Source: a virus (taxonomy: Duplodnaviria > Caudoviricetes). From it: 24,418 bases of DNA. A program made the translations under genes and the position numbers. The notes beneath the pieces were generated by a model, which ran no database searches, was not told the DNA's origin, and saw nothing but the letters and a program-made list of their open reading frames with translations. Of this stretch, positions 1-8,821 are shown piece by piece. The stretch is from positions 1 through 24,418 of the IMG/VR virus record IMGVR_UViG_3300017913_000109. One strand, written 5' to 3'. Numbering within the stretch: position 1 is the stretch's first letter; every line of letters starts with the position of its first letter.

Positions 1-408
1 ATCAATGTAGGCGTTCATAGCGTCCTCTGCCGTGCCTTTATATGCGCGTATATCGCCCTCAGACCATGCCGCACCCCACTTGATAGATGCACCAACCTCT
101 TTAGCAGCCGCAGCCATAGCATCGCAGATGTCATCGTAAACGTTAATTTCCCAACATACATCCCCATCCACATACGCTAAACAGTCTACGGCATGTGAGT
201 ATTCGTCAGATTGCGGTATATGCTTGCTGTTCATAGTTTGTGACCGACCAGTAGCAACCAAGCGTTTCTGTTCCTCTACAGTGCGCAGGCCGCATGTAAT
301 CCCAAAGTCTACCTTGGTCAGTTCAATAGCGCGTTTGACTGTGGCAACCATATCTGGGTGGACACCTTCTAATTTGCCCAAACTACGGTTTGATAATTTG
401 AAGCTCAT
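1..408 (-). CDS. Endolysin, M15-family (T5 Lys-like L-alanyl-D-glutamate) peptidase; 3' end runs off the window
   Basis: Not in the ORF track. Manual translation from ATG at 408 (ATGA overlap with the 405..794 stop): MSFKLSNRSLGKLEGVHPDMVATVKRAIELTKVDFGITCGLRTVEEQKRLVATGRSQTMNSKHIPQSDEYSHAVD...IKWGAAW. The GLRT..EQ, SKH...AVD and WG..W motifs are typical of M15 phage endolysins. Confidence 0.88.
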   Translation of the reverse strand, partial: MSFKLSNRSLGKLEGVHPDMVATVKRAIELTKVDFGITCGLRTVEEQKRLVATGRSQTMNSKHIPQSDEYSHAVDCLAYVDGDVCWEINVYDDICDAMAAAAKEVGASIKWGAAWSEGDIRAYKGTAEDAMNAYID

Positions 409-794
409 CTCTTTCCTCCGAAAAACTTAGTAGCAGAACGCACGGCAAAGCTCGCTGATACGATTACACCCAAAGTGTATTGATACCACTCAGGCATCAC
501 TTCCAACGCTGCAAACCCCTCTGCAACGACTGTGCGACCCCATTCCCCTGTGAACACCAAAATTAAGGGTATTGAGAACAAAATTACGAGATATTCGTCT
601 TTCCAACTGGACTGAGAACCTTGCGCCATAATGCGCTCCCAATCAGCAACAGATGTTTCTTTGGAAAGCATAATTTTGGCTTTGGCTTCTGCCTCTGTCA
701 GCTTCAGCTTGGCTTCCGCAGCTTGCTTGTCTGCCTTGCCTTTTAACCAGCCACCCGCAAGTTCAGTCAGTGGCCCTATAAGTGCTTGTATCAT
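405..794 (-). CDS. Holin-like membrane protein (resembles the GTA/3TM holin type)
   Basis: SSWKDEY followed by a hydrophobic helix, then MPEWYQYTLGVIVSASFAVR and a basic C-terminus. Directly upstream of the endolysin. Confidence 0.7.
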   Translation of the reverse strand: MIQALIGPLTELAGGWLKGKADKQAAEAKLKLTEAEAKAKIMLSKETSVADWERIMAQGSQSSWKDEYLVILFSIPLILVFTGEWGRTVVAEGFAALEVMPEWYQYTLGVIVSASFAVRSATKFFGGKR

Positions 795-1099
795 TTCTTA
801 GCCCCCATGCTAGAGAAACCAAAGTATGCTGCTGTAACCCCCGACACAGCCACCACATAGACCGCTGCAATGTCAGTTAGTAGTTCCGCAGCTTGGTTTA
901 ATCCCAGATATGATGAAAGAACAATTAAGAACGGATAGCCAAGCATTCCCGACAGAGCAAACCAAGTCATCTTCAATTGAGCATCGCGCTTATGGTCTTC
1001 ATCTTCCATTTTGCGACGACGATCTTCCAACATGATCTCACGCTCATCAGGATCAATCTTTCCGTTTTCGTTTAGATCGTAGTTTTCCTTGTTCATCAA
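791..1099 (-). CDS. Two-TM membrane protein with an N-terminal EF-hand-like loop (holin/antiholin candidate)
   Basis: DLNENGKIDPDE loop, a charged linker, two hydrophobic helices and a YFGFS end. ATGA overlap with the next gene. Confidence 0.7.
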   Translation of the reverse strand: MMNKENYDLNENGKIDPDEREIMLEDRRRKMEDEDHKRDAQLKMTWFALSGMLGYPFLIVLSSYLGLNQAAELLTDIAAVYVVAVSGVTAAYFGFSSMGAKK

Positions 1100-1220
1100 A
1101 CAACCTTTCGGCGATACGCTTATGGGTGGTGATTATAACCACTTTTCCGTTTTTGTATACACACCAGACATTCCGCTTAATTTCTATCAACTGCAAAACA
1201 GGTGACTGCTTGCCCGACAT
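1053..1220 (-). CDS. Small hypothetical protein (up to 55 aa) overlapping both neighbours
   Basis: Manual translation MSGKQSPVLQLIEIKRNVWCVYKNGKVVIITTHKRIAERLFDEQGKLRSKRKRKD. Covers the otherwise empty 1100-1176 gap; start uncertain (internal TTG possible). Confidence 0.45.
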   Translation of the reverse strand: MSGKQSPVLQLIEIKRNVWCVYKNGKVVIITTHKRIAERLFDEQGKLRSKRKRKD

Positions 1221-1341
1221 TCTTAACCATTACCTCTGCCTTGGCTTTTGCCCTGTTGCAATGCGCCTCTGTCCCGAATGCACCAAGCTGATAATACTCA
1301 AACCTATTATCAATGAAACTGAGCCAAACAAGTATCCACAT
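1177..1341 (-). CDS. Small hypothetical protein (54 aa), hydrophobic N-terminus and two Cys
   Basis: Start reassigned to ATG 1341 (TGATG overlap with the upstream stop): MWILVWLSFIDNRFEYYQLGAFGTEAHCNRAKAK...VTCFAVDRN. Confidence 0.65.
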   Translation of the reverse strand: MWILVWLSFIDNRFEYYQLGAFGTEAHCNRAKAKAEVMVKNVGQAVTCFAVDRN

Positions 1342-1808
1342 CACCAACGCTCCAGATACAGGCCAAGATAATAAACGCACAAGACAAGAACAACGACAGC
1401 CATTGTTATCCCTGCTATCGTTGCAATCATTTCGTTACGTTCTTCTCTAGCTTTTTCCGCAGCTTTCTTTGCAGCTTGCCTTTGCTTTCGTGCTTCGGCT
1501 TGCCACTGTTGCCACCTGTCCCAAGTGCCTGGCGGTGCGTAGAGGCGGCAATAGCTTTCCAATTCAGCACGCTTGGCACGCAAGGACTCCAAATGTTGGA
1601 ACTCCTCCCAATCCCCTTCGGAACCGCCTGTTATCGCTGTGAGTGGACTTTTCTTTTTGCGATTGATTGCGTCCTTAACATCTTCTTCTGCGTTAAGAAA
1701 CTTTCCGACTGCGCCTATAAGTCCAGCAGTCTCCTTACCATTGGAAAGGGCTGTCTTGATAACAGAGAACGCAGCGTTGGCTGCGGCTATGCTCTCAAGG
1801 ATCGCCAT
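1341..1808 (-). CDS. Hypothetical membrane-anchored coiled-coil protein
   Basis: 155 aa, helical and charged, with a C-terminal TM (IATIAGITMAVVVLVLCVYYLGL). Tightly packed in the operon. Confidence 0.75.
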   Translation of the reverse strand: MAILESIAAANAAFSVIKTALSNGKETAGLIGAVGKFLNAEEDVKDAINRKKKSPLTAITGGSEGDWEEFQHLESLRAKRAELESYCRLYAPPGTWDRWQQWQAEARKQRQAAKKAAEKAREERNEMIATIAGITMAVVVLVLCVYYLGLYLERW

Positions 1809-1812
1809 AGCA

Positions 1813-2064
1813 TCACTTGTTCTCTATATACTCGCGGATATGCTTTAGGTTCTCATCAATACGCCCAAGCATTACCGCATGGTCATTTACGCGATCTGTT
1901 AATTCTTTGACCTGAATATCATGACGTTCAATATCACGCGCGTTGTTCTCAACCATATTCACCACGCCTGCGATATACCAAACCAACACCACAGTTTGCG
2001 CAGCAATACCCACCAAAAACGCAATAGGTATTGTCTTGGACAAATGCCAATTCTCGTTCGCCAT
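1813..2064 (-). CDS. Hypothetical single-TM coiled-coil protein (83 aa)
   Basis: Start reassigned to ATG 2064, preceded by GAGGA. WHLSKTIPIAFLVGIAAQTVVLVWY TM, then a heptad region ending GRIDENLKHIRE. Confidence 0.75.
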   Translation of the reverse strand: MANENWHLSKTIPIAFLVGIAAQTVVLVWYIAGVVNMVENNARDIERHDIQVKELTDRVNDHAVMLGRIDENLKHIREYIENK

Positions 2065-2074
2065 GTGTTGATCC

Positions 2075-2356
2075 TCAATAACCATTTGCAATCAGCTTGC
2101 TAAATTCGCCACTCATCAACTTCTTTTTAACATATTCTGCGAACTCTTGCGACCCGATTTTGGCTCCGCATTCCCGCGACCACATTTCAGCGACAACAAA
2201 AGGGATTGAACCCGCCAAACGCATGTCAGACTTACGGTTGTGACCGTCAATATTACGCTCTTTGTTGAAGTCCAAAATCTTCTGGATATCTTGGCTACGT
2301 TTTACAACAACTTTGTCATCTTCTGTATGCCATGACGTATCTAAGATATTATCCAT
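2075..2356 (-). CDS. Phage hypothetical protein downstream of the capsid gene
   Basis: 93 aa ORF overlapping the upstream stop; position in the structural operon. Confidence 0.75.
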   Translation of the reverse strand: MDNILDTSWHTEDDKVVVKRSQDIQKILDFNKERNIDGHNRKSDMRLAGSIPFVVAEMWSRECGAKIGSQEFAEYVKKKLMSGEFSKLIANGY

Positions 2357-2612
2357 TCTTCTTTGGCCTTCCGCGTTTCTTTGGTGCTTTCCCGCCTTCC
2401 CACGCTTCGTTTACATCTGGCGTAGAAGGGTCATCAGCTTTTAGTTTTCCCTTGGCATCACGCGCTCGCTTGGGTGCTGCCTTGATTTCTTCACCGAAGC
2501 CATTGGCAATAAGTGCTTTTGCTTCTGCCGCTGTCACTTCATAAGTTTGGCCTTTTTCAGCTTTCTTGCCGCCAACCCATGTTCTGTCTGTTGTGATTTT
2601 AATTTTAGCCAT
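2349..2612 (-). CDS. Small basic protein with a C-terminal AT-hook-like motif
   Basis: SD GAGGTG upstream. Contains RARDAKGKLKADDPSTPDVNEAW and ends KKRGRPKK. Confidence 0.75.
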   Translation of the reverse strand: MAKIKITTDRTWVGGKKAEKGQTYEVTAAEAKALIANGFGEEIKAAPKRARDAKGKLKADDPSTPDVNEAWEGGKAPKKRGRPKKNG

Positions 2613-2623
2613 ACTACCACCTC

Positions 2624-2648
2624 AAAGTGAAAGGGGGCCGTAGCCCCC
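2624..2648 (-). terminator. Intrinsic terminator after the major capsid gene
   Basis: Minus strand GGGGGC-UACG-GCCCCC followed by UUUCACUUU; cUACGg is a stable UNCG tetraloop. Confidence 0.8.
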
Positions 2649-2654
2649 AATCTA

Positions 2655-3620
2655 TTATGATGTTGTGCAGTCTGCAACGACACCGTGTGCTTTCTGTGAA
2701 GTGACCTGTAGGCCATACTCCGCAGAGATCAAACGGCGTTCTGACAAACCAGTTTTCGCAAGAGGCTCTTGCTTCGCTGTTTGTAGGTAAGCAACCGCTG
2801 CATAGTTCGGATCAAGAACGAAAACGTCACGCGCACGGATATGACGTGCTGGAACAATTTGAAGTTCACCGAAGTCCGAAATATAGACATCAATCGCAGC
2901 ATTTAGCTTGCTATCCTCTGCTTCTTTGTAACGTGTTGCGTTACCTGTGAAGGCAGAAATAGTTTGCTTGTTGAACGATCCACATAGAACGACTGATGGC
3001 TCTGCGCCTGCGTCCCAACAATCAGCAATGACACCCTTTAGGATGGCCTCTGTGATTGCACGTTGTGTGCCGTCTGTAGCTGCCGCATCTGGGTAGCCTG
3101 CTTCACCAGTTCCAGATGTTGTGCCGTCTGCACCAGATGTGCCACGCGCAGTGTTAGATGTCAAAAACGCTGGTAGACCCGCAGTTTGACGCGCTGTGCC
3201 TGATGCACCCGCTGACGCTGCTACGTTGTCCAACAACATTTTTTCCATGTCGCGTTTCATTTCTGACAGCTTATAAGCCACCTGACGCGCAACTGATTGT
3301 GCATCTGCTACACCATTGACAGCTTGGTTAGTTGAAGAAACCTCAACAACTTTCGCTGAAATCTGTGTGTAGTTACCTTTGCGAACAGCATTTGTAGGTG
3401 CTGAGTTAGATAAACCAACGTCACCTTCAATCTGACGGTTTGCGCCAGCCGCTGCAAGGTCTACTTCTGACCACTCAAAATATGTATTGTCTACATTGCG
3501 AGTGCCAATAGTTGACATGAAGATAGTTTCAGTTGGAGTGATAGAGGCCAGAGCATCGCTCAAATCCTCTCTAATCGTGCTTACATCGTAAGTCTCGTTG
3601 GTATTGGCTGTAACGGCCAT
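2655..3620 (-). CDS. Major capsid protein (DUF5309/SU10-MCP-like)
   Basis: REDLSD...P.ET.F.S, FEW..D, N.TQI..K, YK..E.KRD.E and Y.SDFG motifs. Follows the scaffold gene and is followed by a terminator. Confidence 0.9.
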   Translation of the reverse strand: MAVTANTNETYDVSTIREDLSDALASITPTETIFMSTIGTRNVDNTYFEWSEVDLAAAGANRQIEGDVGLSNSAPTNAVRKGNYTQISAKVVEVSSTNQAVNGVADAQSVARQVAYKLSEMKRDMEKMLLDNVAASAGASGTARQTAGLPAFLTSNTARGTSGADGTTSGTGEAGYPDAAATDGTQRAITEAILKGVIADCWDAGAEPSVVLCGSFNKQTISAFTGNATRYKEAEDSKLNAAIDVYISDFGELQIVPARHIRARDVFVLDPNYAAVAYLQTAKQEPLAKTGLSERRLISAEYGLQVTSQKAHGVVADCTTS

Positions 3621-3635
3621 GATCGTGTCCTTTCA

Positions 3636-4634
3636 CTATGACAAGAGATAATCGGCAACACTGTCTGGTGTGCCGCGTTTACGCATGTTCGCCTTGGCTT
3701 GCTGTCGTTTCTTTGCTGAGTTTTGGCTTTTAGAAGGCTTTGCACCAGGTTTAACCATAGGACGCGCGGCTTTGGTTTTTTCCTCTACCTTGCCCTTGGT
3801 TTCCTGTAGTTTGCGATAAGCCACCGCATCACGCATAATCTTAAACTCCCAACCGTGCGTCAACGCACCAAGAACCTCTTGAGGCACCTTGTAGTAATTA
3901 GTTGCTACATCTGTAATGTCCGTCATAAGCTGTTTGCTTTTTTCAGGATCATTCAGTTCAGGTATCTCTTGGCGAAGTAACTCCGCTTGTTGTTGCGCAT
4001 ACGCTTGGGATGCTGCGTATTCTTGCTGCCGCGCTTTATCTAGCTCCGCTTGCGTTTGCTGTTGGAACTGTTGATATTGTGCGACATCTTCACGGTATTG
4101 CTCCATCGCCTCTAAATAACCTAAAGGGTCACTGTTTTGCAGTTCCTTAGATGGCTGTTTAGGTGGCATAGGGGCGTTGCCTTGCTCCAGCGAAGAAATC
4201 AACTGCTGTAAGCGTTGACGATCTTGCTGCATGACTTCGGAAAGTTGCTCTACTTCTTTTTTCTGTAGCGCATTCTGTTCCATAGTCTTTTGGATGTAAT
4301 CTTGTCCAGCGTAGCCACGCTTTAGCTCAGATAGGGTCACTTTCTTCACTACGCCATCGGATTTAACCTCTAGCTCTAGATCATCAGAAAGCTCCATCGG
4401 AACGGCTGCTTCGTCTGCGTATTCATCCTCATCTACGAAATCTTCATCATCGCCTTCGTAGTCAGCGACATCTTCACTCTCGGCTGCTTCTGCTTCAATC
4501 TCAGGTTCAACGTCTTGAGGTTCCAAGATCAAATCTTCTGCAACTTCGTTTAGATTACTTTCACTTGTAGGCTCTGCCGCCATAAGTGAATTTGCAATGG
4601 CATCAATGCTGCCCTGGTTGGGTTCAGTCGTCAT
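3636..4634 (-). CDS. Capsid scaffolding protein
   Basis: Acidic disordered N-terminus, VK.DG....VTL.ELKRGY..Q.Y..KT motif, coiled coil and basic C-terminus; lies between portal and capsid genes. Confidence 0.85.
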   Translation of the reverse strand: MTTEPNQGSIDAIANSLMAAEPTSESNLNEVAEDLILEPQDVEPEIEAEAAESEDVADYEGDDEDFVDEDEYADEAAVPMELSDDLELEVKSDGVVKKVTLSELKRGYAGQDYIQKTMEQNALQKKEVEQLSEVMQQDRQRLQQLISSLEQGNAPMPPKQPSKELQNSDPLGYLEAMEQYREDVAQYQQFQQQTQAELDKARQQEYAASQAYAQQQAELLRQEIPELNDPEKSKQLMTDITDVATNYYKVPQEVLGALTHGWEFKIMRDAVAYRKLQETKGKVEEKTKAARPMVKPGAKPSKSQNSAKKRQQAKANMRKRGTPDSVADYLLS

Positions 4635-4873
4635 AACGGTGCCGATCCTTTTTTCTCTATAAGTTTCTCTGCATCAACGTCTGCTTGCAGTAGATACTTA
4701 ATTTGGTTTAATGCCCGAACAACGGCATGAGCTTCCTCACGTTTATCCGTTTCTTGGGCGGCGGTATTTGCGAAAATCTCCAACTGGCGATCACGCAAAT
4801 CTTCTAAGATGGCTAGGAAGTCATCGTTGCGTAAAAGCTCTTTAGCCCTATGCGCACGTTTCTTATAATCCAT
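4631..4873 (-). CDS. Small hypothetical protein between portal and scaffold
   Basis: 80 aa helical protein (AKELL.N..F...W/F...REEA) overlapping both neighbours. Confidence 0.8.
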   Translation of the reverse strand: MDYKKRAHRAKELLRNDDFLAILEDLRDRQLEIFANTAAQETDKREEAHAVVRALNQIKYLLQADVDAEKLIEKKGSAPL

Positions 4874-6998
4874 AACCCATCATTTCCTCGTTAGGCGATC
4901 TAGGCGCGTTTTGCTCTGCCTTAACCGCTGCGACATCTACGGACGCACCGTATTTGCCTAGAATTTCAGCAACTTTAACAGCCAAGTCTTGCACCATTTC
5001 ATCGCGCGATAGGTCATCTTTCATCGCCATTTCTTGCAACTTCAACTGTTGATCTGCTTGTGCCTTTTGTGCGTCTAGCTGCAACTTAGCCATATCCACT
5101 TGCATCTTGCCTTGAGCTTTCATTTGCTCCGCAGCCAAGAACGCTTGGTTAGGATCGCTTGCAGGCATACCCGCTTGCTGTTGTTGTTGCGCTTGCATTG
5201 CAGCCTCTTGCTGTTTCTGTGCGATTAGCTGCTGCTCACTTTCAAACGTAACTGGCAAATAATAACGCTCTGCGTTTTTCAAGCCTACAGCCGCCAACAT
5301 ATCCGCAAGCGTATTACGAACATTCGTCATTGTCACCAACCCATTGTTCGGGCCGTATTGTTGCCACACGCTCATTTGCATCTGTAGCGTTTCACGCAAG
5401 ACCGCAGCCTTTTCGTTTTCGCGCCCAGTGCCAACACCCACGTTTACAATCAAGTCCATGTCTGCATTCCAGACGCGTGGATCAACTGCGACAAACTGGT
5501 TGTTTAAACGGATAATTTCTTCTTTGTCAGTGTTCTTTATGATGGTTGACGCGATTAGCTTAAACAGGCGTTTCATACCGCCCTCTGCGAAGTTACGCGC
5601 AATAACCTCTGCCTGCCCCGCAGCACCTTCCATCGTAGCCGCAACCGCCGTAGCCGTAGCACTTTGCAAAACATCAGGATCAAGACCCTGTGCCGCCTTA
5701 GATACGCCAGTTTTGTTGTCTACCAACATATCAAAGTATTGTAGTGCAGGGAGCGTAGAACCCGCTGTGAATGGCACAACTTGCTCACGAATGCTTCCAG
5801 GTTGTTTTACTCTGACAATACGCCCAATCTCGTTGTTTAGAAGGTCATCTACCGAAACCTGACCGTCTACGATTTCCAAGCCTGGGTTATTTGTTAGTGC
5901 TACGTTATCAAGAACACCGCGCAACATAGCTGTCGCCGCGTCCTGATCGTCCATAACCAAATCAACAAGGCTGCGCCCAAAGAATGCGTGTGGTTCTGGG
6001 TCACATTCAAACACCGCAAACGGCACTTCGTCTGCTAATTCATAAGAAAGCAGTTTGTAGTTATTACCGCCTAGAATGAATTGGTAAAGCTGTGGGATGC
6101 CTGTGCCTTCCACGTCCACTTTCATATAAGCCTCAGTTACCACAACTTTCTTAGAGGTTGGGTCTGCGCTTTCGTCATCATCTTCGTCTACGGCATAGCC
6201 ACGGCGTTCATATTCGGCTTCTGCCTCAAACGTAGCCATAGACCCTTGCAAGCCAAATAGCTCATCTTCGTCATAACCCATTGCAATCAAGTCGCCCACG
6301 GTCATGTCTGTGCGGTGGCCTATTACAAAGAAGTCATCAACAGAACGCGCGTTTCTATCAATGAAAAACTCCTCTGGCGGGATGCTTTCAATAAGAATAT
6401 CCCCATCAGGAATTTGGCGGCTAACCTTTGCATCGTGAATAGGACGCTCAATCTCAACGCCCATTTCATCAATTTCTATGCTTGCCGTAACCGTATGCTC
6501 TAGAACCTCAATATCATCAGGCTCTACCATATACTGGTATTCTTCGTCCGTTAGGTTAGTAACAGTGTAGATTTCGCTGCGGGTTTTGTCCTCAAACATT
6601 ACCTTGGCAATGCCTGTTTTCTTAACCATCGCATCTTGGAATACGTCACTCAGCAAACGATAACCGTTGTTCTGCATAAACTTGTAGTTTGCATAACGTG
6701 TCATTTGCTCTGCAACTTGCACGTCCTCTGGCATACGAGGCACAAACTCTACAGGGTTTTCAGTGCTTAGAAATACACGCTGAATAGATGGTTTAATACC
6801 GCGAACAACGTCACGGCACTTTGTAGAAACAACTCTAGAACGCCCATCCTCAAAGCCAATGTCTACCTCGCCATCAAAGTAGCGTTGCGCTTTAAGTCTT
6901 GGCTCAGATATTTCAGCCTCAATAAAGTCCACAGCATCTTGCACAGCCTTTTGGATGATGCCTTCAACCGTCATTTCGTCCATTGGTTCAATGCGCAT
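4863..6998 (-). CDS. Portal protein (P22/SU10-like)
   Basis: 711 aa with GRSRVVS, IPPEEFFID, PEPH.FFG.S.VDL..D.Q, TGVS...QG.D motifs and a Q-rich C-terminal coiled coil. SD AAGGA upstream. Confidence 0.9.
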   Translation of the reverse strand: MRIEPMDEMTVEGIIQKAVQDAVDFIEAEISEPRLKAQRYFDGEVDIGFEDGRSRVVSTKCRDVVRGIKPSIQRVFLSTENPVEFVPRMPEDVQVAEQMTRYANYKFMQNNGYRLLSDVFQDAMVKKTGIAKVMFEDKTRSEIYTVTNLTDEEYQYMVEPDDIEVLEHTVTASIEIDEMGVEIERPIHDAKVSRQIPDGDILIESIPPEEFFIDRNARSVDDFFVIGHRTDMTVGDLIAMGYDEDELFGLQGSMATFEAEAEYERRGYAVDEDDDESADPTSKKVVVTEAYMKVDVEGTGIPQLYQFILGGNNYKLLSYELADEVPFAVFECDPEPHAFFGRSLVDLVMDDQDAATAMLRGVLDNVALTNNPGLEIVDGQVSVDDLLNNEIGRIVRVKQPGSIREQVVPFTAGSTLPALQYFDMLVDNKTGVSKAAQGLDPDVLQSATATAVAATMEGAAGQAEVIARNFAEGGMKRLFKLIASTIIKNTDKEEIIRLNNQFVAVDPRVWNADMDLIVNVGVGTGRENEKAAVLRETLQMQMSVWQQYGPNNGLVTMTNVRNTLADMLAAVGLKNAERYYLPVTFESEQQLIAQKQQEAAMQAQQQQQAGMPASDPNQAFLAAEQMKAQGKMQVDMAKLQLDAQKAQADQQLKLQEMAMKDDLSRDEMVQDLAVKVAEILGKYGASVDVAAVKAEQNAPRSPNEEMMGYGL

Positions 6999-7009
6999 AT
7001 CTGTTTCCT

Positions 7010-8821
7010 TTATTGTGCCGTATTAGCTTGTTGTGCCGATAGCGTTCTTAGAATTGTTGCGGCTTCTGCTGCTAAATAACCGTCACCGCCTGCAATCCGC
7101 TGCAATGGCCCCATATCTTTTTTTGCAGCTGCATTTAACGCGCGCAAGAAACTTTTGTTTGTCATGGCTGCACCACTTGCGAAATTTAACGCAGCAATCC
7201 CTACAGCAGTTTTAAACTGACCAGATGCTATCAAAGCACCCAAAGCACCAACTGATAGCACATTGCCTGTCCGTGATCTGTTAATATCTAAAGATGCATC
7301 TTTTGCCATATCCGCAATTTTTGCAAAGTCGTTTAGCTCTTTGTCTAATTCTCCGAAAACAACCTTTCGGGATGTTGGCTCCATGCGATTATAATTTGTG
7401 ACAAATGTGCTTGGGGAAAAAGGCTCTCCCTCAATAGGTGCTTGTCCTGGCTTACTACGTCCTAAATTACTTATTAGCGTAGATCGGAAGCTGTCAAAAT
7501 CATCTTTTGGCAAACTCTTTTTTATTTGCATGATTTGCGCAGTGCTTTGCTTCACATTGCCCTCTAGAAGCATGTTTTCTAGCCTTCTGTAAGCTGCTGT
7601 CTCACCGTCTGCACCAGTAATTTTTGATAAAGTGTCGTCTATTCGCTTTCTACCCGCGCTGTAAAAATCATTTGCACGTTTCCACGCCTTATATGCCTCT
7701 GGGCCTTTTGCCCTTGCAGCAGCTTCCATGTCAGCAGATAAGGTGCCATAAAGTTTTTTAATTTCACCTTGATCCATGTCAGCCAACGGCCCCTTTATAT
7801 TGCCAATAGACTGACCCAACTTTGTGCGTAGTCGCTTAATCGCGCCATAAGGGATTTGCTGACCTGGGCCTATACCCTCAAGCAAAGTTGAAAATCTATT
7901 AACACCCAAAAAGTCTGCGATTTGTGGTGATTGCTGCGCAATATTCATTATATCTTGTAACGCAGCCGCAGTATTGGGCGCAGTAATCATATCATTTGGA
8001 TCAACGAAATTATCTAATTGCCCATAAAGTGCTTCACTTTTTCTTGTGAAATCATTTACAAAGGTTTCTGCACCTGTGCGCAACGCCGCACCAGCAGCTT
8101 CTTTTGTTGTTGGAACACCCGCTTTTTCCGCAATGTCACGACCCGCTTCTTCTAGCTCACCAACTACACGTTGTGTTCCGCGCTGTATCATACCAGAAGA
8201 AATAGGTGATGCTTCCAAACCGCCCTCTAACATAGATGCCGCTTGCCCTTGCATAGAAGCACTAGGTAAAACGCCCATTTCTTCCGCAATTCTTGCTCGT
8301 TCCATGCGAGGTGTCATTTCACCAATTTCACGCGCACCAGGGATTGCTTTACCCGCAGTAACTTGCCGACCCAACCGTGTTGCACCACTTGTAACACCAG
8401 CCAACTCAGGAACAGCCACTTCACCCATCATCATTAGGTCACGCGCTAACTTGCGCTCTTGTGTTCTGTCCCCTGCAATCAACTCTGCTGCCAAGCCTGC
8501 CGCGCCTGCGTAACCCGCACCTAACGCAGATAAACCCGTCATGCCCACATCGCCTGCACGTTGCAGCAATGAACGCTCTGGATCGGCTGCACGTTGACGG
8601 TAGTATTGTAGTGCCTCTAATGGTTGCTCCATTGCTTCCGCAGTAACATCACCAAAAACTTCTGGTCTAGGTGCTGGTGCTTGACCAAAATCAACGCCAG
8701 GTGTCATAGTTTCGGCAGCTTGTGAACCTAATAACTTTGAAAGTTTATTTAAGGCATCTTCTTCTGTAACGGCATCTACAACATATTCTTCGCCGCCATA
8801 TACAAATTCAAATGTCGCCAT
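7010..8821 (-). CDS. Internal virion/ejection protein
   Basis: 603 aa, Ala/Gly-rich and helical with hydrophobic Gly-rich segments; last gene of an ejection-like cluster; TAATG coupling. Confidence 0.65.
   Translation of the reverse strand: MATFEFVYGGEEYVVDAVTEEDALNKLSKLLGSQAAETMTPGVDFGQAPAPRPEVFGDVTAEAMEQPLEALQYYRQRAADPERSLLQRAGDVGMTGLSALGAGYAGAAGLAAELIAGDRTQERKLARDLMMMGEVAVPELAGVTSGATRLGRQVTAGKAIPGAREIGEMTPRMERARIAEEMGVLPSASMQGQAASMLEGGLEASPISSGMIQRGTQRVVGELEEAGRDIAEKAGVPTTKEAAGAALRTGAETFVNDFTRKSEALYGQLDNFVDPNDMITAPNTAAALQDIMNIAQQSPQIADFLGVNRFSTLLEGIGPGQQIPYGAIKRLRTKLGQSIGNIKGPLADMDQGEIKKLYGTLSADMEAAARAKGPEAYKAWKRANDFYSAGRKRIDDTLSKITGADGETAAYRRLENMLLEGNVKQSTAQIMQIKKSLPKDDFDSFRSTLISNLGRSKPGQAPIEGEPFSPSTFVTNYNRMEPTSRKVVFGELDKELNDFAKIADMAKDASLDINRSRTGNVLSVGALGALIASGQFKTAVGIAALNFASGAAMTNKSFLRALNAAAKKDMGPLQRIAGGDGYLAAEAATILRTLSAQQANTAQ

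Noticed and set aside
2613-2660. Capsid C-terminal extension by frameshift or read-through
   Set aside because: Tandem TAA TAG stops, no slippery heptamer, and a terminator directly after.
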